64,000 bases of DNA from positions 51,370,987-51,434,986 of the forward strand of contig NC_081372.1 of assembly GCF_030684315.1 (NCBI RefSeq), read 5' to 3'. Positions within the stretch are counted from its first letter, which is position 1. Every line of letters starts with the position of its first letter. Both the position numbers and the translations under genes were made by a program. Source of the stretch: Stegostoma tigrinum. Taxonomy: Eukaryota. The notes under the pieces were generated by a model. That model saw nothing but the letters and a program-made list of their open reading frames with translations. It was not told where the DNA came from and made no database searches. This document shows, piece after piece, positions 35,651 to 46,996 of this stretch.

Positions 35651-38246
35651 ACCTCATCGCTCCGCCCACAACCTCCACAGCCAGCAACCCCAGAGGAGAC
35701 AGCCACACTGAGCCCTGCCGCATCTTCACCATCCCCCCAGACCTCCCGCTGACTGAGGACGAACGGTCAGTCCTTCGTAAGGGGCTCACCTTTGTCCCCC
35801 TACAACCACACATCAACGAATACCAGTCACGGTTGGACATAGAGCAGTTTTTCCGCCGTCTTCGCCTCCATGCCTACTTCTTCAACCGGGAACCCAACCC
35901 TCCTTCCACTGACCCCTTCACCCGCTTCCAACACAAGTCCTCCTCCTGGACACCACCCCCAGGCCTCCTACCCTCCCTCGACCTCTTCATCTCCAACTGC
36001 CGTCGAGACATTAACCGCCTCAACCTCTCCACCCCTCTCACCCACTCCAACCTCTCCCCCGCAGAACGGGCAGCCCTCCGCTCCAACCCCAACCTCACCA
36101 TCAAACCCGCAGACAAGGGTGGCGCAGTGGTAGTATGGCGCACTGACCTCTACATCGCCGAGGCCAGACGCCAACTCTCCGACACCACCTCCTGCCGCCT
36201 CCTCGATCATGACCCCACACCCGAGCACCAAACCATCATCTCCAACACCATTCATGACCTCATCACCTCAGGGGACCTCCCACCCACAGCCTCCAACCTC
36301 ATTGTTCCCCAACCCCGCACGGCCCGTTTCTATCTCCTTCCCAAAATCCACAAACCTGCCTGCTTTGGTCGACCCATCGTCTTAGCCTGCTCCTGCCCCA
36401 CCGAACTCATCTCCACCTATCTGGACTCCATTTTCTCCCCTTTGGTCCAGGAACTCCCCACCTACGTCCGTGACACCACCCACACCCTCCACCTCCTCCA
36501 GGACTTGCAATTCCCTGGCCCCCAACATATTCACCATGGACGTCCAGTCCCTGTACACCTGCATTCCGCATGGAGATGGCCTCAAGGCCCTCTGCTTCTT
36601 CCTGTCCCGCAGGCCCGACCAGTCCCCCTCCACCGACACTCTCATCCGCCTAGCTGAACTCGTCCTCACACTCAACAACTTCTCTTTTGACTCCTCCCAC
36701 TTCCTACAGACTAAGGGGGTGGCCATGGGCACCTGCATGGGCCCCAGCTATGCCTGCCTCTTTGTAGGTTACGTGGAACAGTCCCTCTTCCGCACCTACA
36801 CAGGCCCCAAACCCCACCTCTTCCTCCGGTACATTGATGACTGTATCGGCGCCGCCTCTTGCTCCCCAGAGGAGCTCGAACAGTTCATCCACTTCACCAA
36901 CACCTTCCACCCCAACCTTCAGTTCACCTGGGCCATTTCCAGCACATCCCTCACCTTCCTGGACCTCTCAGTCTACAGCTCAGGCAACCAGCTTGTAACT
37001 GATGTCCATTTCAAGCCCACCGACTCCCACAGCTACCTAGAATACACCTCCTCCCACCCACCCTCCTGCAAAAATTCCATCCCCTATTCCCAATTCCTCC
37101 GCCTCCGCCGCATCTGCTTCCACGATAAGACATTCCACTCCCGCACATCCCAGATGTCCAAGTTCTTTAAGGACCGCAACTTTCCCCCCACAGTGATCGA
37201 GAACGCCCTTGACCGCGTCTCCCGTATTCCCCGCAACACATCCCTCACACCCCGCCCCCGCCACAACCGCCCCAAGAGGATCCCCCTCGTTCTCACACAC
37301 CACCCTACCAACCTCCGGATACAACGCATCATCCTCCGACACTTCCGCCATTTACAATCCAACCCCACCACCCAAGACATTTTTCCATCCCCTCCCCTGT
37401 CTGCTTTCCAGAGAGACCACTCTCTCCGTGACTCCCTTGTTCGCTCCACACTGCCCTCCAACCCCACCACACCCGGCACCTTCCCCTGCAACCGCAGGAA
37501 ATGCTACACTTGTCCCCACACCTCCTCCCTCACCCCCATCCCAGGCCCCAAGATGACATTCCACATTAAGCAGAGGTTCACCTGCACATCTGCCAATGTG
37601 GTACACTGCATCCACTGTACCCGGTGCGGCTTCCTCTACATTGGGGAAACCAAGCGGAGGCTTGGGGACCGCTTTGCAGAACACCTCCGCTCAGTTCGCA
37701 ACAAACAACTGCACCTCCCAGTCGCAAACCATTTCCACTCCCCCTCCCATTCTCTAGATGACATGTCCATCATGGGCCTCCTGCAGTGCCACAATGATGC
37801 CACCCGAAGGTTGCAGGAACAGCAACTCATATTCCGCCTGGGAACCCTGCAGCCATATGGTATCAATGTGGACTTGACCAGTTTCAAAATCTCCCCTTCC
37901 CCTACTGCATCCCTAAACCAGCCCAGTTCGTCCCCTCCCCCCACTGCACCACACAACCAGCCCAGCTCTTCCCCCCCACCCACTGCATCCCAAAACCAGT
38001 CCAACCTGTCTCTGCCTCCCTAACCGGTTCTTCCTCTCACCCATCCCTTCCTCCCACCCCAAGCCGCACCCCCAGCTACCTACTAAACTCATCCCACCTC
38101 CTTGACCTGTCCGTCTTCCCTGGACTGACCTATCCCCTCTCTACCTCCCCACCTACACTCTCTCCACCTATCTTCTTTACTCTCCATCTTCGGTCCGCCT
38201 CCCCCTCTCTCCCTATTTATTCCAGTTCCCTCTCCCCATCCCCCCT

Positions 38247-38274
38247 CTGATGAAGGGTCTAGGCCCGAAACGTC
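38247..38274 (+). ncRNA. Minimal hammerhead ribozyme motif in the Penelope terminus
   Basis: ctgatgaagggtctaggcccgaaacgtc. Confidence 0.75.
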
Positions 38275-41200
38275 AGCTTTTGTGCTCCTGAGATGCTGCT
38301 TGGCCTGCTGTGTTCATCCAGCCTCACATTTTATTATCTTGGAATTCTCCAGTATCTGCAGTTCCCATTATCTCTAAAGAACCCAGATCTTTTGTTTACA
38401 GAAGCTACTCATTTGACATAGTGGACAATTAAGAAGCATGACATACTGGGGTAATGCAGCAACAGAAAATAGGGGAGGGCAGAAAAGAGGGAGGATAATT
38501 ATGCACTCCTAACCCCACAGTGCCCACCTCTGTATAAATGCCTGTAGTGTTGTGGTGGACAACGGGTACTTTTCCTCAAAGAACATGGGGCACACCTCTC
38601 ACTGCAGGAACTGTGACGTCCTCCTTTGCCTGCTGTCAGCACCTATTGATGGCGACAGTGGCCAGAACCATGAGAGACCAACAAATAGGTTCTTCAATTT
38701 GAGGAGCCCAGCTGTTATCCATCTTTTATTCACTGACACTGATACCTCTGTTTCCAATTCATAAGCAATTTACATGCTGAGCCCATTAAGGGCAATGAAA
38801 GTTAAGCAGCCAACATAAAAGCCACATACAAAGTAGAAAACTCAGTGAACATCAACAGCTCTGAAAACAATTCTGGACCTGCTCGCTTCAACCTTTTAAG
38901 AGATATATTTTCTAACTCTGGCAGAATTAGCTGAACCTGAAGCAAAATTGGATCATTGTGCAATTAACAGGATCATATTTGGTGGAATTTTGTCTTATGG
39001 TTGATTTTCATATTAAATTTAAAAGTGACATACTCCACTCCCAAACAAAAATCTTAAATTGAAATTAAAACATTTACATAGGTATGAGTCTCGAACTGGC
39101 TGAAGGTGGTTGAAAAAAATAATGTAATGCAATTCTGGGAAATAAAAGGTGGGAAATATTTATGGAACAATTCAACACGTCGAACAAAAATTAATCTAAT
39201 TGGAAATCAATACCTCAATAAGAAAGATCTATCTGTGGTTTATTTGGCAAGTTAAAATTGGATTAAATCAAAAGCTATTTATAATGTTGTAAACAATCAT
39301 GGTAAACCCGAAATTGTGAGTGCGTCATTAACCAGCAAATGATGTCAAAAAATTGCTACCAAGGTAACACATAGAATCTGATTATAAAGTAACAAAGGAA
39401 ATGTAAACAAACTGTACATGTTTTTACAGGCTAATAACTTGGGCAAAGAAATCAAGAGGAATATATGCAAGTTTGCTGCAGCCATAAAGTGAGAAGAGGG
39501 AGAAAGTGGTGAGGTACACAAGTGATGTAGACAGGTTAAGTGATTGAGCAACATGGTGGCAGATGGAGTATAGTTTGGGGAAATGTGAGATTTATCACTT
39601 TGTATTGACTCAGATACAAATTTGGCAATGCTCCGCTGGAATATGAGCTTTCATCAATTTTCTAGAAGAATATCTTGTGCAACCAATGAGGGGTAAAAAT
39701 TATTTTAGAGCATTGTGCATTATGCCAAGCTTAATTCGTAATCTCATGGTGAAATATCCCTGAAAATGTTTTGTAATGCAAGTGAATTGCAGCTTAAATT
39801 TTTGTCGTATTTGTATTGCCAATACATCATTGAATAGCAGAGTAGATTTGATGGGCTATATAATCTACTATGATTATATTTTTTGCACTCATCATTTAAC
39901 ATATACCTTGTGGATAAAAGGCTACATTTCTAATGTTATGCAAACAACTTTGTCATTGGAAACATCACCTATTTATGGTGAGGTATGTATTATTATAATA
40001 GCTGTTTCTGGATTTCAAGAATGTGTTCCATGCTTTAAATGCTGTGAGCCAATTGTCATCTTGTCTTTGCCTGTAACACTAAGGGTTGCACGGTGTCTCA
40101 GTGGTTAGCACTGCTGCCTCACAGTGACGGGGAGCTGGGTTCAATTCCACTCTTGGCCAACTGTCTGCGTGGAGTTTGTACATTCTCCCTGTGTCTATGT
40201 GAGTTTCTTCTTGTTGCTCCAGTTACTTCCCATAGTCCAAAGACATGCATGTTAGGCAGACTGACCAATCTAAATTGCCCATGGTACCTTGGGAGAGTAG
40301 GCTAGATGAATTAGCCAAGGGAAATACAGGGTTACAAGGATAGGATAGAGTGTGGGACGCTCCTTGGAAGGTTGGTGTGGACCTGATGGACTGAATAGCC
40401 TGCTTCTACACTTTAGGGATTCGACCGTTAAACATAATAGCACAATGATTTAATCATAACAATTGTTTGGGTGAACATTCACCAAAGCAGTTTGTTGTGC
40501 CATAAACTGAGCTGTGGCTCTGTTTGAAGCACTCTCATCTGTGCAAAGTTGTGCTTTCTATTCTCATACTAGAACTTGCTGATGAATGGCCTATGTAATA
40601 CAGAGGGAGTGTTGCTTCTCAGGTACTTTTTCTCTTGGATGACAGCCACTGTCTGTGTATCCTCTAACATGATTTAAAAGAAGTGCAGCAGAGGCCAATA
40701 TTAATTCCTCACAATCTAAGAACCTAGTTATGTGGACTTGGCTGTGTGCAGTTTGGTAGCTATGTATTCTTCATGAAATGCTGAATACTTTAAAAATACT
40801 TCATTGTTGATAATACCTGTTGAGTTTTCCTGTGGTCATGAAAGACGGGTGGTAAAAATGTCGATGGTTTTGATGCCAATATATAAAAGTGTTTTGAGTG
40901 ATATAATTGAACGTTGTCACCTGCTGAAAATAGAGAATAAAAATCTAGAGAATCCATGGCATTCTCCAAATGAAATGCAACAACAACTGGCCAGAAACAA
41001 AACATTGACATTAGATTTATTAGGAAATGGTTGCAAATAAACTGTGCAGCATTCCATGCTGGTGGCAAAATGACAAAACATTTCATACAAAGGAGATGGC
41101 TTCTTCCTCACAAAGAGAAAACTATAGTAGCTCTGAAGCTCTCTGCTAAAGATGTAGCTTCAGTCCTGTCAAACAGATTTTGAATTATTTGCACTCGTCA

Positions 41201-41300
41201 TGTGTATTTCAGATGCCTGATCACTTGGCTTCAGAAGGGCAACAACACACAGTTCATTACATTGTTGAATCATAATGGGTTCCTGAGGGATGTTGGTTAT

Positions 41301-41332
41301 TTACTGGACCTTCTCCATCATCTTCACCCATT
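41301..41332 (-). CDS. TNNC2: Troponin C-like exon 6, copy E
   Basis: EWVKMMEKVQ*, 32 nt. Confidence 0.85.
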
Positions 41333-41426
41333 CTGTAGAGAGGGGAAGGTATATGATTGTTTTAAATACTCAACAATAAGCCAATATAATATCACTAATA
41401 AATTTGTTTTTATTATTTGGAAATAC

Positions 41427-41560
41427 CATCAACAAGTTTACCATCATTATTCTTGTCACATTGTCTCATGATATCATGAATATCCTCCTCTGTAAAAGGT
41501 CTCCCAGTATCCTTGATGACATAATACAGCTCATCATGATCCATGAAACCATCAGCATTT
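41427..41560 (-). CDS. TNNC2: Troponin C-like exon 5, copy E (in-frame 3-nt deletion)
   Basis: 134 nt, AG/GT. NADGFMDHDELYYVIKDTGRPFTEEDIHDIMRQCDKNNDGKL-VD. Confidence 0.83.
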
Positions 41561-42644
41561 CTAGAGTCAGCAACAAAATTATGAATGTCTCCAATTCAGT
41601 CAAGTTATTTGATTTACCAAAATAGAAGTTGCTACATGAGAAAAGATCAGGTCCATCTCATTTCACTTTGTTTCCTGCCTGGAAATTTATATTATCTAAT
41701 CTGATCAAGCACTCCATTTGAATCACTGATCAAAGACAGATCTGTATATCATGTATGAACATCTCAGGAAACAGCTTCAGAAACCTCAGGTCTAAAGTCA
41801 TCTGTTCAATCCGAGAATGCAACACTTCCCACACAATGTCTCAAATTACTCATGACCTGAAATGAATATTATGCCCTCTACTCTGAAAGCAATTACAAAG
41901 AATTTGTCAGTATAACCTTGTATTACAGTCAACATTCCGTGCTTTTCTTCAATTGCTATCATAATCTTGAATCACACTGTCTGTTTTCCTCCATGTTTGG
42001 TCATGTCAGTTTCTTTTTCTGAAAATCTTGTTATGATTTTCTCTACTTATGTTCTCCATTGCTTTGTACGTGGAGCTGGATGTAGCTGACAAGGACAGCA
42101 TTGTTGTCCATGCCTATTTGCTCTTGAACGGTGTTGCCTGTTCAGTAATTTCAGAATGCAGTTACAAATCAGACACATTTCTACTGGTCTGGAGACACAT
42201 TCAGACCACTGAGGTAAGGACGGCAAATTTTCTTCCATAAAGGGCACAAGACTTTCAAAACAATCAGTGACATTTGTCACAGTCATCACTGGCATTAATG
42301 TTATGCTACAAATTTCTTGAGTGAGTTTTCTATTTCACTAGCTCATAGGTTGAGATTTGAAAGAATTTGCAGGATCAGCATGAGCCACTGGCTTGCTAGC
42401 CCAGTGACATTTCCATGATCTTACCGTCTCCCTGAAGTGAAAACATGCTGTCTCTCCAAGTTGCCAAAACATCGATGAATTTTACATAGGTCTTTAGATC
42501 ACCCTTGATTCTTCATTTTTCAAGCAAAAATTGACTCAACTTTTAAACTTTACCTCAGGTGTATACTTAAGACTTTCGAGTTTCATCCTCATAAATCCTC
42601 GAAACACTACCTCCAGTGCCTCTTACATCCATTTAAAAAATGAT

Positions 42645-42860
42645 GCAGGGAGAGGGAGTTAGGGACAGAGGGAGAGAGAGATGGAGTGATGGTGAGAGGG
42701 AGTCGGGGACAGAGGGAGAGAGAGACGTAGTGATAGTGAGAGGGAGTCGGGGGGACAGAGGGAGAGAAAGAGACAGAGTGATAGTGAGAGCGAGTCAGGG
42801 AGACAGAGGGAGAGAGAGAGACAGAGTGATAGTGAGAACGAGTCGGAAAGACAGAGACGG
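42645..42860. repeat. GA-rich minisatellite (about 45-50 bp unit) in copy E intron 4
   Basis: agtgatagtgagagggagtcggggacagagggagagagaga, repeated about 4-5 times. Confidence 0.9.
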
Positions 42861-43049
42861 TGGGTGGGGGGGAGCTCACGGGCCCCCTACCCTATATTTA
42901 GCTTCAAGCATGTATGCTTTTCTGTTTGCTTTGCTAATCTTTGAGAAAGTTCTTTCATTTATTACTGTGTACAATGGAGAAACTATTACGTCAATTTGCA
43001 ATTTCTACAGTGCCGTTATTCTACCAAATTAGTCAAAGAGCAAACTCAC

Positions 43050-43164
43050 TTGTCACATACACGAAATAAACCTTCCAAATCTTCTTCGTATGTTCTTTTT
43101 GCCTCCTCTTTCGTCTGGCTCGCCATCTTCAACCAGAACCCTTCATAGACAATGTTGCCACTTC
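43050..43164 (-). CDS. TNNC2: Troponin C-like exon 4, copy E (divergent)
   Basis: 115 nt, tag|...|gtgagt. GSGNIVYEGFWLKMASQTKEEAKRTYEEDLEGLFRVCD. Confidence 0.82.
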
Positions 43165-44281
43165 CTAAATTAAGAACACACTGAAACATAAGATCTGTCT
43201 ATTTTTAAGCATGAACTTTTGAGAATGAACTGATGTTTGAAAAGATGAGAAATTACCAAAGTTTAAGCTGCATGTCAGTGTTTTTGAGAACTGGTGCAAT
43301 CTGAGATTTGACCGCCTTTCGGGAAACCCAAGACATCGATCACACGTGAAGTGGGGTAAACCATTATGTGTTAGTTAGTGAAGATGTGAATTAATTTACA
43401 TTTAGATTTCATTACCCTGTGTACTCACGAACAGAATTACAGGAGTACAGTGAAAAGTGTATAATGTTTCCACACATGGACCCATCTCAGGAACAAATGT
43501 GCCAAGGTCTAAAAAACTTAGATTTGAATGAATAAAAGAAAAAAAGTTAGAAAGCTAAGAATTACCTTCAGATAACAAATAGAAAACTAAAGAAAGAAGT
43601 TAATAGTTAACATTGCCGTCCTTCTTAAATTAGTCTGGAAAGTAGAACAGCCATTTTACCTCCAGTACTTTCCTTATCTGCTCCAGAAGGGATCGTTGAA
43701 GAATTAACATCACAGAGTAAAATTACACACAACACAATTTGGAGTCTCCTGTACGTTGGAACGAGCAAACACACAGATTGGAAGACCATTTTGCCGAACA
43801 CTTCAGCACAGCTCCAAAGAATGTTCCTGAGCTTTCAGTGAGTGTTCATTTTAATTCCACACCCTGCCCTGAGGCTGACATTGGTTTGACCCACTGCACT
43901 GTTCCAAGGAAGGTCAAAGTAGCAAACTGTATTCTAAATTATCATTTTATAGATGTGTGGACTCAAACATTGCTTTCCATTTCAGTGTCCTCTATTTTGT
44001 TTCCTTTTCTTTCCATTTTGGTTTATTTGTTTAGTTTCTTGCCCCATCTCAATTTCCTTTGGTCCCTGAAGACTGTCTATTCTGTCATGAGTTTTCACTG
44101 TCTTTCATTGGATCATAGATCTTTCCTTTGTCCGAAAGAGCGCAGGGCAGAGAACGAAAATAACAGGCCTCTGAAAGCAACAAAATGCCAGTCTGCAAGA
44201 CTCCTAAATAGAGAATGCAGTCATTGAAAACCCTTGGAAAATGCTTTTTGGGATTCTCAAGATTCCATGACCTTTATGAGA

Positions 44282-44850
44282 TTTCAGAGTAGAGGGCACA
44301 CTATTCTTTTCAGGCCATGAGTAATTTGAGACATTGTGTGGGAAGTGTTGCATTCTCGGATTGAACAGATGACCTTAGACCTGAGGTTTCTGAAGCTATT
44401 TCCTGAGATGTTCATACATGATATACAGATCTGTCTTCGACCAATGATTAAAATGGAATGCTTGATTAGATTAGTTAATGTAAATTTCCAGGCAGGAAAC
44501 AAAGTGAAATGAGATGGACCTGATCTTTTCTCATGAAGCAACTTCTATTTTGGTAAGGTATACAACTTGACTGAATTGGAGACATTCATCCTTTTGTTGC
44601 TGACTCTAGAAATGCTGACGGTTTCTTCGATCATGATGAGCTGCATAATGTCATCAAGGATATTGGGAAGCTTTTTACAGACGAGGAAATTCATGAATTC
44701 ATGAGACAATTGGGCAAGAACAATGATGGTAAACTTGAACTTGATGATATGTCCAAATAATATTACAAATTTACAAACAATATATTGGTTTATTGTTGAG
44801 TATTTAAAACAATCATATACCTTCCCTTCTCTACAGAATGTGTGAAGATG
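44282..44850 (+). pseudogene. TNNC2: Inverted troponin C-like fragment: part of intron 4, exon 5 (44610-44746) and the start of exon 6 (from 44837)
   Basis: Reverse-complement homologue of about 41320-41890. NADGFFDHDELHNVIKDIGKLFTDEEIHEFMRQLGKNNDGKLELD; donor atatgt; exon 6 is cut after ECVKM. Confidence 0.88.
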
Positions 44851-46680
44851 TAGCGAGCTGCTATCAATTAGAGATGTCTGCAATTAATGTCTGACTGGCA
44901 TTGATGAAACCATTCGCATTTTGAAGCTATTTTTATAAAATTCATTCACAGAATGTCATCATCAATGACTGGGTCAGTATTTATTGTCCATCTCTCATTA
45001 CCCTTGAGAAGGTGTTGCATGTCTTGAACCACTGCAGTCCATTTGGTGCCGTTGGGCACACAATGCCTGCATGGAAGGTGTTCCAGGATTTTGACTGAAC
45101 AACAAAGAGGGAATAGGGATATAGTTTCATGTCAGGGTGGTGAGTAGCTTGGAGGGGAGTGTGCAGGTGGTGGTGTTCCCATGTACTTACTGCCATTGTC
45201 CTTCCAGGTGATAGAGGTTATAGGTTGAGGATGTTTTGTCTATGGAACTTTGGTGAATTTCTGTGGTGCATCTTGTTTATGGTACACATTACTGCCATTA
45301 AGTTGGTGATTGAGGGAATGAACTTTTATGAATGTGATGCCAATTGATAGGATTCTTTGTGCTAGATGATGTGATGGCTTTTGAGTGAGGTTGGAGCTGA
45401 ACTCATTCAGGCAATTGGGAAGTATTCCATCACATGCAACTAGTGTAAGGGGAATGATGAAAGTTCTGGGATACTTGAACTACTTCCAAAATTTAACATC
45501 CAATTTTGCTGCAACAACAGAGCCACTGCATCAAAGTAATGTCTCAGGATGCATTGGAAAACACTGTACGGATTACACCATGGTAGTGATCACCATGGAA
45601 GGAATGGTGGATGCTGGTAATCAAAAGGTAGGTGGCAAAGTATCACCAACAATATCTACCCTGAGGGCAACGAAACCCTGGGATCGCTATCCATATTAAA
45701 ATACACAGTCAACCCAGGTCAAGAGAACCATGAGAAACCATTCAGATAGTTTTAATAGGGCTTATCCCTTCCATGCTGAGGAAGAAAGATACTGTTTAGC
45801 TATAATGGATCACTGCCAATGGGCTGGAGGCATTCAAGTCTTGGAATTGCACTGCAAACACCATCGTCAGGATATTAGCCAAGGAAGTTATTGCTTGGTG
45901 GGGAGTCCCCACTCTGATGGATTCTGATCAGGCAGCCCATTTCAGTAGAAAAGTGGTCATAGATACCTGGCAACCAGTGGTGATTAAACTCATGGCAACA
46001 AAACGACATCCACATGCCCTACCATCCCCAAAGATGTGGGATTGTGTAAAGAATGAACTGAACTCTCATGACCTTGCTGGCCTGGAGCATCCAGTGAACA
46101 GGAAGATCTTCAGTAGATATCTCCTATAGGTTAACGTTACAAACTATTGTCCACTGTCTTAATCCTTCAGGGACACAGCATGAGTAATGAAAATTCTGGA
46201 GGGACAGAATAAGTCTTTCAATGGGACCAAGTTCAACAGTGTGTGATGGAACTGCATGTAAGAGTTATGGACTGGAGCAGACATGCCCCAAGATATATTA
46301 TGATGGTAGCCTCGACCATAAATTTTATACATTTTTTGCCAAGAAAGTATAAGGCACTGTGTTCCGGATTTTGTTCGATTGGTCCACCACTAACCTTTAA
46401 TCAAACCATACGTTAATCTTACAATGCAGTTGAAATGAAGAAAAAAAAATAGGTTTTGGATTTTAAGAGGAAGCCTTTCAGTCCAGGTCTTCATTCTAAC
46501 AGCAGAGAACTCAAGCTTTCAGCTCCAGCAACCAGCAAACCAGTATCTAACTAAAAGCAAAATCGCAACCATTTGAATCTCTGTGTGAGCCTTAACTTGT
46601 CTTCTCATGGTTCTTTCGTCTTCCATTAATAAAAAAGAAACACCAGGGAGAATTCAAAGTTGGTTCCCAATTGCCTGTTT

Positions 46681-46996
46681 AGAGCATAGAGCATAGAACA
46701 GTACAGCACAGAACAGGCCCTTCAGCCCACGATGTTGTGCCGACCATTAATCCTCATGTATGCACCCTCAAATTTCTGTGTCCATATGCATGTCCAGCAG
46801 TCTCTTAAATGTCCCCAATGACCTTCCTTCCACAACTGCTGCTGGCAACGCATTCCATGCTCTCACAACTCTCAGTGTAAAGAACCCGCCTCTGACATCG
46901 CCTCTATACTTTCCTCCAACCAGCTTAAAACTATGACCCCTCATGTTAGCCTTTTCTGCCCTGGGAAATAGTCTCACGCTATCAACTCTATCTATG
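46681..46996 (-). mobile_element. CR1 3' fragment (same family as 27.7 kb)
   Basis: ORF 46768..46977 and tail agcatagagcatagaac. Confidence 0.9.

Larger units (their letters stand above)
34710..38375 (+). mobile_element. Penelope copy 3, near full length and head-to-tail with copy 2; TGA at 35020 and frameshift near 36527
   Basis: N-terminal HMNFLSTCLRNQIIRKGL motif; ORFs 35047..36657 and 36470..38023. Confidence 0.96.

Noticed and set aside
29148-38004. Many overlapping antisense and alternative-frame ORFs
   Set aside because: By-products of C-rich, stop-poor Penelope coding sequence
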